Assembly (NCBI GenBank): GCA_021827405.1
Contig: JAKAVY010000002.1
Coordinates: 12,464 to 76,463 of the forward strand
Reading direction: 5' to 3'
Length of the DNA: 64,000 nt
Source of the DNA: Thermoplasmata archaeon
GTDB taxonomy: Archaea > Thermoplasmatota > Thermoplasmata > Lutacidiplasmatales > UBA184
Part shown: positions 15,144 through 24,288 of the stretch, piece after piece
Position numbering within the stretch: the stretch's first letter is position 1
Layout: the number at the start of each line of letters is the position of its first letter
Made by a program: the position numbers and the translations under genes
Notes under the pieces: generated by a model
Seen by the model: the letters and a program-made list of their open reading frames with translations, nothing else
Databases searched by the model: none
Told to the model about the DNA's origin: nothing

Positions 15144-17969
15144 ATGGGAGGGAGCCGGCGGGCATCCACGTCGAGACCCGGGGGTCCGCTTTGGAGGAGA
15201 GGGTTGTCGCCCCCACGTCGAGGCAAGCCCGCATTCGGCCGCGGATGCGGTGAGCCGGCCCCGGGCCCGAAACATGCGGTCGCCCTGCTCGGACTGATCG
15301 GCCTCCTCCTGGTTTCGGGATCGGCCCAGGGTCTGTTCGCGCCGGCGGAGCCCCTCTCGCGGGAGGCGGGGTCCGGTGCCCCCGGACATTCGGTCCTCCC
15401 TTCCCTGAGCGGCCGTCCCGCGCCCTCACGGCCGTCCGTCCCCGGGAAGGAGGCCACGACCAGACCCTTCGTCACCCCACCGACACCGATGTTCCGGGCC
15501 GGCCCTGAACCTCCCGTCTCCCCTCGGACGGGCATCGCGCATGCGAGCGGCACCGTCCTCTACGTGTCCCCCTCCGGCTCCAACGGGAACCCGTGTACCG
15601 CGACCGAGCCGTGCCGGCAGATCAACACCGCCGTAGACCGGGCCGCCCCGGGAGACACCGTGCTCGTGGCTAACGGGACGTACCTGGGCTTCGAACTGGA
15701 CGGGACTCACGGTGAGCCGGGCGCCCCGATCATCATCACCGACCCCGGCCACGACGCCGTGATCGAGACCAACGGGTCCTGCTGTAACTGGACCAGCCAG
15801 GGAGAGCAGGACCAGATGTACTTCAACCAGGTCTCCTGGGTGGTGGTCAACGGGCTCCGCAGCTACCAGATCCAATCCACCGTCCCTACCGCGAACCTCT
15901 GGGTGAGTCAGAGCAACAATCTCACGCTGAGCAATCTGACCTTCGAGAACGGCACCTACGTGAATGCCTCCACCGGGTGGCCGAGCAAGGCCAGCCTTTT
16001 CCTGGACCTCTCCACGAACATCACCATCGAGTATGACAACATCTCGGGGGCCAAGGGGTCCCATGGGATCTACTTCAACAACGACGGCCTGCCGTTGACC
16101 TACGGCGATGTGATCCGGAACAACATCCTCGACGATAACAATTGGACGGGGGTCCAACTGGTCTACGCCAGCCACTGCCAGGTGGAGGACAACGTGCTCG
16201 CCGGTAACGGGGCGGGGGGGGCCGCAGGGATCAGCCTTCGCGAAGTGGTGGACTCGGAGGTCCTGAACAATTTGGTCTATGACGAACTGGGGGCGGGCCT
16301 CAGCATCGTGGAGGATGCCTCCCCGGCGGGGGGAACGCAAACCTCGGGGAATCTCATCGCCTACAACACGGTGGTGGTGGGGGCAGCCGGGCGGGCCGCT
16401 CTCATTGTGGGGGCCGGATCCACGGGACCCGGGAATGTCCTGAGGGACAACATTCTCTACACGGAGGACAACGCCGTCTGGCCCTCTCTTGACTTCCAGG
16501 GCTCCAGCGGGACCGCAGACCTGGTGGGGGACCACAACGTGCTTCAATCTGTGGAAGACCCCAACGGAAGCTACTCCCTGGCCCAGTGGCAGTCCCTGGG
16601 CTACGAGAACGGTTCCCTCTCCGCCACCCCGTCGGAGCTCTTCGTCAACGCCACCCAGGGGGACTACCAGCTCGCTCCTCTATCCCCTGCGACGAACGCC
16701 GGCATCGCGATTCCCTCCGTGACCAGCGATATCCAGGGTGACCCACGTCCCGTCTCCGGGTCTTCGGACATCGGTTGCTATGAGAGCGCGAGTCCCTCGC
16801 TCCGGGCCGTGGCCTCGGCCTACCCGGGGAACGGGACCGCCCCTTTGACCGTGACCTTCACGGGCACCGGCTCCGGTGGGAGCGCTCCCTACCGCTACGA
16901 ATGGACCTACGGGGATGGGACCGCCCCCTCTCAGGCTGCCGACCCGCAGCACACGTACAACACCAGCGGCTCCTTTCCCGTGGAACTGACCATCGAGGAC
17001 GCCCGGGGGGGACTGGCCCACGCCTTCCTGAACGTCAGCGTGACGGCCCCCATCCCCTTCTCGGTCCAAATTCAAGCCAACCTCTCCGGTCCCACCGCGG
17101 GCGAGCCCGTGTTCTTCACCGGAGGGGCCTCGGGAGGGACTCCACCGTACTCCGGTTGGGATTGGACCTTTGGCGACGGCTCGACGGCCACGGGTCAGAA
17201 TGTCTCCCACGCGTTCACGAACCCCGGGAACTATAGCGTGGCTCTGAAGGCCACGGACTCACGGGATCGCACGGCCAACGCGTCCTTCCACCTCCAGGTT
17301 TGGGCTCAGCCAACCCTCGCCGTCTCCCTCCAGACCAATGTCACGAGCCTTCCGCTGGGGAGGGCGGTGGCGGTCTCGACCACGGTCAGCGGGGGGACCG
17401 GGCCGTACACGGTCCAGTACGCCGGCCTCCCCCCCGGTTGTGGCGGGGAGAGCGCCTTGGCCTTCTCCTGCGAGCCCGCACAGGCTGGCCATTACAACAT
17501 CACCGCGAAGGTGACGGACACGGTCGGCCGCGCTGGCCAGAGCCCTCCGGCCCCGCTATACGTCCAGGTTCCGTTGTTCCCCCTCTCCGTTCACCTGGAG
17601 ATCTCCTCCCCTTCGGTCCCGGCCGGCACCCTCGTGACGCTGACCTCGATCTCGTCGGGTGGGAGCGGGGGGCCCTTCTCTTACTCCTGGTCCGGACTCC
17701 CGGCGGGGTGCACGAACCTCGACGAGCCATCCCTGGACTGCGTTGTGTCGACCCCAGGGTCCTACCACATTTCCGTCCGGGTCACGGATGCCCAGGGGCA
17801 ATCCAACGCCAGCCAGCCGGTAGGTCTGGTGGTGGCGCCGTCCAAGGCACCTTCCCCGGGTGAGCCCTTCGGTCCCGAAGTGGTCTTCTCCATCACGGCC
17901 CTGATCGCAGGTGCGGTCGTGGTCGCCGGCGTGTATGTTCTACGCCGACGTGCGAGAGGGGCCCACTGA
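15144..17969 (+). CDS. Large secreted surface (S-layer-like) glycoprotein: parallel beta-helix (pectin-lyase fold) + PKD/Ig-like domains + C-terminal TM anchor
   Basis: Signal-peptide-like HAVALLGLIGLLLVSGSAQG. NGTY/NNLTLSNLTFENGTYVNAS beta-helix repeats. PKD motif (TAPLTVTFTGTGSGGSAPYRYEWTYGDGT). C-terminal VVFSITALIAGAVVVAGVYVLRRRAR. Very many N-x-S/T sequons. Start codon uncertain. Confidence 0.75.
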   Translation: MGGSRRASTSRPGGPLWRRGLSPPRRGKPAFGRGCGEPAPGPKHAVALLGLIGLLLVSGSAQGLFAPAEPLSREAGSGAPGHSVLPSLSGRPAPSRPSVPGKEATTRPFVTPPTPMFRAGPEPPVSPRTGIAHASGTVLYVSPSGSNGNPCTATEPCRQINTAVDRAAPGDTVLVANGTYLGFELDGTHGEPGAPIIITDPGHDAVIETNGSCCNWTSQGEQDQMYFNQVSWVVVNGLRSYQIQSTVPTANLWVSQSNNLTLSNLTFENGTYVNASTGWPSKASLFLDLSTNITIEYDNISGAKGSHGIYFNNDGLPLTYGDVIRNNILDDNNWTGVQLVYASHCQVEDNVLAGNGAGGAAGISLREVVDSEVLNNLVYDELGAGLSIVEDASPAGGTQTSGNLIAYNTVVVGAAGRAALIVGAGSTGPGNVLRDNILYTEDNAVWPSLDFQGSSGTADLVGDHNVLQSVEDPNGSYSLAQWQSLGYENGSLSATPSELFVNATQGDYQLAPLSPATNAGIAIPSVTSDIQGDPRPVSGSSDIGCYESASPSLRAVASAYPGNGTAPLTVTFTGTGSGGSAPYRYEWTYGDGTAPSQAADPQHTYNTSGSFPVELTIEDARGGLAHAFLNVSVTAPIPFSVQIQANLSGPTAGEPVFFTGGASGGTPPYSGWDWTFGDGSTATGQNVSHAFTNPGNYSVALKATDSRDRTANASFHLQVWAQPTLAVSLQTNVTSLPLGRAVAVSTTVSGGTGPYTVQYAGLPPGCGGESALAFSCEPAQAGHYNITAKVTDTVGRAGQSPPAPLYVQVPLFPLSVHLEISSPSVPAGTLVTLTSISSGGSGGPFSYSWSGLPAGCTNLDEPSLDCVVSTPGSYHISVRVTDAQGQSNASQPVGLVVAPSKAPSPGEPFGPEVVFSITALIAGAVVVAGVYVLRRRARGAH

Positions 17970-18311
17970 GTTCGCTCCATCCCGGAGGCGTTCACCGGAT
18001 ACACAAGGGCGCCGCAACGGTTAGGAGGGAGGGAGCCCGGGGCCGGGACGTTGCTAAGGAGCCGGCGGCAAAGCCATTCCCTGGCAACGTGGGAGACAGG
18101 GAAGGACTTCGGCGGCCCCGGCCCCGCCCTGAGCCTCTCGCGAAGGCCCAGGGGCCCAGTTCTCCCCCGGGCCGCGACTGGTGAATGGCCGACCCCGAAG
18201 GGCATGAACGAAGTGACTGCAGGGTCCCCCCGGTGAGGTATGGGCATTGCCCGATAGGGCAAGCCCGCTCTCCGTGCCCAGCTTAATGCTCTATCAAGAC
18301 CTCTCCGTCCC

Positions 18312-18701
18312 ATGACCGAACTGAGGAAGCTCTGGGTAGGGTCCATCGTGGTGGAATGCAAGAACTTCTCTGAGATGTTCACCTTCTGGAAAGCGGCCCT
18401 AGGGTACGAGGCCCGCGATCCGCCCTCGGAGGACTGGGTGGTGCTTCACGACCCCGAGGGGAAGGGGCCGAACATCTCCCTCCAGAAGGTCGGGGAGGGT
18501 CCAGGCCCCGACTACCGCTTCCACTTCGATCTGTATTCCTCCGCCCCGGAAGAGGAGGGCCAGAGGTTAGTGAGGCTCGGGGCCAGGATGCTGGAGCCTT
18601 TCCAGGAAGGACGCGACTTTGCGACCCTCCAGGACCCCGACGGGAACCCTTCCGATGTGATCGACACCCGGGGCTTCGCCTTCGGCCAGCGCGCAGCGTG
18701 A
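18312..18701 (+). CDS. VOC/glyoxalase-family protein
   Basis: 129 aa. Glyoxalase-like beta-alpha-beta-beta-beta pattern with conserved H/E positions (RFHFDLY, ATLQDPDGN). Confidence 0.65.
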   Translation: MTELRKLWVGSIVVECKNFSEMFTFWKAALGYEARDPPSEDWVVLHDPEGKGPNISLQKVGEGPGPDYRFHFDLYSSAPEEEGQRLVRLGARMLEPFQEGRDFATLQDPDGNPSDVIDTRGFAFGQRAA

Positions 18702-19099
18702 GCCCGGTTTGGGGGCTCTTGACCAAGGAGTCAGCCCCTCCGTTCTTCGGTCGGAAGCGCAACGACACGACCCGGTGGAAGTCCCGGAGGAGGAGGGTGA
18801 GGCACGCGAAGCGATGGGCCCGATGGGTGCCCCGCTCCTCCTTCGTCTTGACCGGCTGATTCCGCCTGGCGTCCGGGGTCTGACCATGGTAAGGCAGGTC
18901 GGGGTCGTCGATGGCGAAGTCGACCGGCTCGCCAGGAAGGATGGGTCAGACATGGCGGGGAAGGGCCAGGGTGATGGCGCGCTGGATCTTCCCGAGTGGA
19001 GGTGGCCGAGGACGTACGGGCGGTCCTGTCGGACCGACCACTCCGATACTGGGAGCGCGGGGCAAGGCCGGGGGAGCGCGTGGCGGACGCCCGGAGGAG

Positions 19100-19640
19100 A
19101 AGGTCCGCGTTGGCCACGCCTCCAAAGGAACTCGGAGGCGACGGGCGTTAGTCGTCTTCGTGGACGAGAGCGGTCTCTCGCCATCCCCTACCGTGCGAAG
19201 ACCTGGGTAACGGTGGGGAAGACCCCGGTGTTGGTGCATCAGGGGCGATGGCCGAAGGTCTCCGCGATCGGAGGGGGCACGTGTTCGCCTCCACCTGAAG
19301 GTGCGGAAGGGGTCCGTCCGCGGGTCTCAGGTGATCGCGTTCCTGAAGCGCCCCCTCCTGCACATCCGGAGGAAGCCGGTCATACTCCTCTGGGACAAGG
19401 GGCCGCACCCCGGTCCAAACTGGTGCGTGCCTTCCCGCGCCAGCCGCGTCCACTGGAGGTGCACCGACATCCCGGGCACAGCCCCGAACTGAACCCAGAG
19501 GAGTGGTTCTGGCCTCATCTCCAGACGCATGAACTGGCCAGCTACGTCCCCCATGCCCTGACAGAGTCGATGAAAGGGGTCTGGCTGGCGGTGATGAGAG
19601 CGCGGGACCACCCGCGTCTCTTGCGACCGTTCGCCCACGT
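19100..19640 (+). mobile_element. IS630/Tc1-mariner-family transposase gene remnant (pseudogene, at least 3 frameshifts, N-terminus missing)
   Basis: DDE motifs split over frames: ALVVFVDESGLSPSPTVRR, then (frame shift) VTVGKTPVLV, then KPVILLWDKGPHP (second D), then (frame shift) HSPELNPEEWFWPHLQ. No intact ORF. Confidence 0.7.
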
Positions 19641-19860
19641 CGGAGTCAGGGATCGCCGATGCGGATCGTCAAGGGACCTCATGTGAAGCCACAGCGGTGG
19701 GGTTCAAGGAAATTACTTGACGGTCAAGAATACCACTGTGCTTGCCTTACAAGCTTAACCCCACCCCTCGAGAGGTGCTTATCGCGGGGGAAGGACGGTT
19801 GGACGGACACGACCTGTGCCCAAAGACGGCTCCGGTGTCCAAACAGGGGGCAGACCTTCT

Positions 19861-20406
19861 TCAAGACCGAAATGTGAGGTAGGCTCCAGAAGGGAAGGAA
19901 ACAGACTCGGAATCAGAACTTGGGTTGAAGAGAATGAATACCCATTTTGAACTTCCACCGGCTATCCATGGAGTAGAATTGGCGAAAAATACGGCGCCAA
20001 GACTCCTATTAAAGTCACTAAGGTGGCTCAATGGTGACGAAATTATGGTCTGGTACTCCGACATTCTAAAAATCGCAAAGGAAATGTTCTGATATTGCCC
20101 TGGAAAGTCGACGGAAAGATTGAGCTGGCCTTGGGCGGAGGAGGGCGTGGTGAAGTTCACCGTCAGCAGCCCTCCCTGAGCGAGCGGCAGGGTGACTCCC
20201 GACGGCAGGAGACCTACCGTACACTCCGCAGCCGAAGAGACCGAATAGCACGTCCAGTCCTGAGATGGGGCGGTGGGCGGGGGCGGCCGGGTCAATTCGA
20301 AGATGAGGGTAGAGCCTGTGAACACTAGGGCAGCCACCAGGACGGCAATCACGACCCGCCCCCGGCCTAATCGCCTATCCTGCCGAACTGGGGGATCCAC
20401 TTCCAC
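19861..20406 (-). CDS. Hypothetical N-terminally anchored secreted protein in a low-GC segment
   Basis: N-terminal TM helix VVIAVLVAALVFTGSTLIF, then a Ser/Thr-rich ectodomain with N-x-S/T sequons. Local GC is about 50% against about 70% in the flanks. Confidence 0.4.
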   Translation of the reverse strand: MEVDPPVRQDRRLGRGRVVIAVLVAALVFTGSTLIFELTRPPPPTAPSQDWTCYSVSSAAECTVGLLPSGVTLPLAQGGLLTVNFTTPSSAQGQLNLSVDFPGQYQNISFAIFRMSEYQTIISSPLSHLSDFNRSLGAVFFANSTPWIAGGSSKWVFILFNPSSDSESVSFPSGAYLTFRS

Positions 20407-20822
20407 CCCTCCAAGGAAGCCTAAGGGTCAGGTCGACTGCGGGACCTGGGGCGATGAAACAACAAGGATCCTGATAAGAGCAGCGTTGGGTTCCTGACAG
20501 AAATAGAACAACTGCACTGATACCTGTCCGCCCCATACACGCCATATGTCCTTCGAACTTATACATCGGCCTGAGGCGAGTTAAGGAAGATACTAGACGG
20601 TTACTGTCGCTTCAGGCTTTGAGGCAAGACAACTACAGGCCCTCTCGCAGTCGGAGAAGCTGAGTCCGGGTCAGTGGGATGGGTCACCGCTCCACCTCGG
20701 ACGTCCCCGGGTGGATCTCCCGGATGACTTTTGCGAGTTCGCAAAACTCCGGACCCACTTTTGCGAACTCACATGGGAGACGGGGAAGAGGCTCTTATGT
20801 CCCCCCGGGGGTCTGCCTCATC

Positions 20823-21200
20823 ATGTTCCGAAAGGTGGACTGCGTGCGTCTCCACGTCGGGGACCTGGACTCTGCACTTGCGTTCTACTCCAGGAAGCTT
20901 GGGCACCCGCTCCTCTGGAAAGACGGCACCACAGCGGCGGGCCTCCAGATGGGAGGCTCCGGCTCCGAGCTCGTGCTCGTCTCTGGAGAGAGCCCACCGG
21001 AGACCGACCTCAAAGTAGACTCCGTGGAAAGGAGCATCCGGCAGTTCGTGGAGGCAGGCGGGAGGGTCGTGGAACCTCCCTTCGACATCAAGATCGGACG
21101 GTGCGCTGTGGTCCAAGACCCATGGGGGAATCGCCTGGTCCTCCTGGACTCGAGCAAGGGGCTCTTGAAGACCGATGCGGAAGGGAACGTTGTTGGATAG
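20823..21200 (+). CDS. VOC/glyoxalase-family protein
   Basis: MFRKVDCVRLHVGDLDSALAFY...VVQDPWGNRLVLLD is a classic glyoxalase/bleomycin-resistance fold signature. The upstream part of the track ORF was rejected. Confidence 0.7.
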   Translation: MFRKVDCVRLHVGDLDSALAFYSRKLGHPLLWKDGTTAAGLQMGGSGSELVLVSGESPPETDLKVDSVERSIRQFVEAGGRVVEPPFDIKIGRCAVVQDPWGNRLVLLDSSKGLLKTDAEGNVVG

Positions 21201-21747
21201 GCCATCGGCCAGGCGGCGAGGGCGGTCTAGGCCTCGAACCCCTCCAACTAACGGTCAGGGGACCCCTCACGTCAGCCATCGGACGAAGGGCTAGGGAACC
21301 TAGCCTCTCTCCGGTTGTCCCATAAGATTGGACCTCGCTCCTACGCTCGTATCCGAGTGCGGTCGTGAGACTCCCGCCGGGGGATCCCGGCACTTTTGGT
21401 GGCGGCCAATGGGTTGGCCTTCGAATACACCGTGCGGGAAGAGCTTGCGGCGGCCCCCTCCCCAAGTCACGGTAATGATCTCCGATGAGATCGCTGGAGC
21501 CGTTCGGGTGATCGGATGGCCCGAACGACATGCCAGATTCCACACGGCCAGGACCACCCCGGGGAGATTGGGAGCTTCCTGACACATCTGGACTTTCAGC
21601 CCGCGTCTGGCGGCTGAAAGACGCCCGGAGGGCGTTCGGAGAGAGCGGGGACCCTTGCGACCTCCGAGGGCAGGATGAGGAGGGGTCCACCACGACCTTC
21701 AAGCTCCCAAGCGCGCCTCTCCGATTGGGCTAACGGAGCGGTCTCCG

Positions 21748-22278
21748 ATGGTTCGAAATCAGGGTCGGGTCACACGGTTCGTCGTGATGGCCATGCTCCA
21801 GGCGGCCCGGGCGGAGAGGCTCGGGCTTACACGAGAGTCCGCCTACTCATGGGGGTTGAACCGAGCGATCTTCTATGCGGCGGCCAAGCGTGGGTTCAAG
21901 ACCGGGGAACCGGGAGAGGGGGGAGGCGACAAGAAGCCTCCCGGCCACATCTATCACCTGGGGGAGGATGAGGCGTTCCTAGACCCGGACGCCAAGGAGT
22001 TGCGGTTTACAATTGGGGGAGAGACGCAGACACCGGAACGTTTCGAGCAGCAAGTCATTGCCCGGTTCGTGACGAAGGAAAACTTCCACAAGGCGTGGGA
22101 GGAGGCCCAGCAGGTCGTGGCGAGGTTCGATGGTGCCACTCTCGGCTCACCCCACCGGTTTTACGCCGAGGTCTACCATCCCCGGCGGGACGAGCTCTCG
22201 GACCGGTGGACGAAGGCATACAACCCGGCCCCTCCGTCGAGAAGGGGTACCCGGGTAGAACCGGGGAGCGGAGCCTGA
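21748..22278 (+). CDS. Hypothetical protein
   Basis: 176-aa ORF with ordinary composition and no recognised motif. Confidence 0.35.
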   Translation: MVRNQGRVTRFVVMAMLQAARAERLGLTRESAYSWGLNRAIFYAAAKRGFKTGEPGEGGGDKKPPGHIYHLGEDEAFLDPDAKELRFTIGGETQTPERFEQQVIARFVTKENFHKAWEEAQQVVARFDGATLGSPHRFYAEVYHPRRDELSDRWTKAYNPAPPSRRGTRVEPGSGA

Positions 22279-22645
22279 GGCGACCGACCTCGACCCATGA
22301 ACGACCGGTCGAGGGGGCTCTCTTGGAAGCACCTGTTGTGGCGAGAATCTCCCTTCACGGGGCCGGCGAAGATGTTCCTGGTGCCCATCGAGAGCCAGTC
22401 CAGGGAGGGCCCCCGTCCGTTAAGGACCTCATTCGATCTTCCTCGACCCGGCAGGTCACGGCCGGGCTCGGCGCGGCCGCCTCCAAGGGTACCTCGCGAG
22501 AAGGAAGCATCGTGCTCCCCTCGCGAGGGTATCTCTGGAAGCAACCCTGAACCTGGCCTCTAGGCGTGGACCCAGGTTTCTCTCAGAAAGGTTCCGCTAC
22601 GTGGAGGACTACGGTAACGCTGGCGTCAGGGTGCAGGGAGGAAGT

Positions 22646-22719
22646 AGCGGGGCATGGATTTGAACCATGGATCTACGGGTTATGAGCCCGTCGGGATGAC
22701 CTGACTACCCTACCCCGCT
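22646..22719 (-). tRNA. Archaeal initiator tRNA-Met (anticodon CAU), no encoded CCA
   Basis: Reverse complement AGCGGGGTAGGGTAGTCAGGTCATCCCGACGGGCTCATAACCCGTAGATCCATGGTTCAAATCCATGCCCCGCT. A1:U72 pair. Anticodon stem ACGGG/CCCGT with 3 consecutive G:C pairs. CAT anticodon. T-arm CATGG-TTCAAAT-CCATG. Confidence 0.85.
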
Positions 22720-22928
22720 TCGGGGGCAATCACCACCCTTACGGTATTTGAAGCTGAGCGGACCCGAGGGCCCCGGCGCGGCCTTGGAGAGCGCGTCTGA
22801 GCAAGGGGACGGACCGCCGGGCCCAGACCTGCCGTCTGCCCCGGGATCGAGGCGGGACCTCCCAGGCGAGGACCCCCGATGCGAGGGAGCCGGTCCCCAC
22901 GCCGGGCCCCGCGAATCTTCAAGTACTC

Positions 22929-23312
22929 ATGTTGATTATCGTCGACATGATGTCGACCTCCGAGCTCGAGGCGCTGGGGCCACGTCTCGAGCGGCTCACC
23001 GGCGAGGAGACGACCTGCTGCCTTCCGGAATACCGCGCCCTCGCAGAGCGGATTGCCCGCTCCCAGCGCTTTCCTGAGCTTCTGCTTCAGGTCCGGGCGA
23101 TCGCAGACGAAAAGCGGCTTTTGGTCGTGCACCTGTTGAAGCGCCGCGGCGAGCTCTGCGCCTGCGAGGTCCAAGCGGCCATCGGCGTCGGTCACGCGAC
23201 AGTCAGCCATCACATGAGGGTGCTCACCGCCGCCGGGGTCGTGAGGGCCCGAAGGGAAGGGAAGTGGGCCTACTATCGCTTGACCCCCGCGGGACGGAGG
23301 CTTTTATCATGA
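22929..23312 (+). CDS. arsR: ArsR/SmtB-family metalloregulator
   Basis: ELCACEVQAAIGVGHATVSHHMRVLTAAGVV...EGKWAYYRL (metal-binding Cys pair plus wHTH). Confidence 0.8.
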   Translation: MLIIVDMMSTSELEALGPRLERLTGEETTCCLPEYRALAERIARSQRFPELLLQVRAIADEKRLLVVHLLKRRGELCACEVQAAIGVGHATVSHHMRVLTAAGVVRARREGKWAYYRLTPAGRRLLS

Positions 23313-24148
23313 CGCCACGTTCGATCGGGAACGTCGACCCCGATCGGGTCAGGGACCAGGTCCGGAAGCGCTACGCCCCGCTGGCCTCCGGGTCCGGCTG
23401 CTGCGGAAGCTCGTCCGACTCGACGGAGTGTTGCGGTGGCGACACCGCCTCCCTCGAACTGGGCTATTCCGCCGACGACCTCTCCGGTCTGCCCGAAGGT
23501 TCCCACCTCGGTCTTGGCTGCGGAAACCCGGTCTCTCTCGTCTCTCTCCGGCCCGGGGAGGTCGTCTTGGACCTGGGGAGCGGAGCCGGGGTCGACTGCT
23601 TCCTCGCTTCCCGGAAGGTGGGCCCCCGGGGCCATGTCATCGGTGTGGACATGACCCCCGAGATGCTGACGAAAGCACGGGCCAACGCTCGCCAGGGGGG
23701 GTTTGACAACGTGGAGTTTAGGCTTGGCGAGATCGAGCACCTCCCCGTGGCCGACCAGAGCATTGACGTGGTCCTGTCCAACTGCGTCATCAATCTCGCC
23801 CCGGACAAGGAGAGAGTGTACCACGAGGCCTTCCGGGTGCTGGCCCCGGGAGGCCGGCTCGCGGTGTCGGACGTGGTGGCGACCCGACGCATCGCTGCAA
23901 AGGAACGGGCCGATCCTTCCCTCTGGTCCTCCTGTTCCTCGGGTGCCATCGGAGTGGGCCGGCTGAGGAGCCTTTTGGGGCGGGTCGGGTTCCGCGACGT
24001 CCGGATCGACCTCGACCCCGGAGCCGGCTCAGCCTCCAGCCTCCAGGGACAGTCTTCCCTGGGGGTTGTGCCGGCCCGGATCTGCGGGTTGAAGCCCAAG
24101 GCCGGGCTTCCTCCCTCGCTCACAAGATCCCTGTCCCGCGCGGTCTGA
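23309..24148 (+). CDS. arsM: Arsenite S-adenosylmethionine methyltransferase
   Basis: Cys clusters (GCCGSSSDSTECCGG) plus SAM-MTase motif VLDLGSGAGVD. ATGA overlap with arsR at 23309-23312. Confidence 0.8.
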   Translation: MTPRSIGNVDPDRVRDQVRKRYAPLASGSGCCGSSSDSTECCGGDTASLELGYSADDLSGLPEGSHLGLGCGNPVSLVSLRPGEVVLDLGSGAGVDCFLASRKVGPRGHVIGVDMTPEMLTKARANARQGGFDNVEFRLGEIEHLPVADQSIDVVLSNCVINLAPDKERVYHEAFRVLAPGGRLAVSDVVATRRIAAKERADPSLWSSCSSGAIGVGRLRSLLGRVGFRDVRIDLDPGAGSASSLQGQSSLGVVPARICGLKPKAGLPPSLTRSLSRAV

Positions 24149-24288
24149 CGGCCGGTTCCGCGCCCGGTCGCCCGCCCGGGCCACCCTCCGCCCCGACCCC
24201 TTTGTCCCGAAAAGGGGGTTCCGAAAGATCCGGCGTCGCCTCGAGGGGCCCCGCCGAGTCTAAATCTCCCGGTCCATGGGTGGCGCCC

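Noticed and set aside
15426-16547. 373-aa minus-strand ORF
   Set aside because: Antisense of the beta-helix surface protein gene.
22710-23213. 167-aa minus-strand ORF
   Set aside because: Overlaps arsR, whose frame has the clear ArsR metal-site/wHTH signature.
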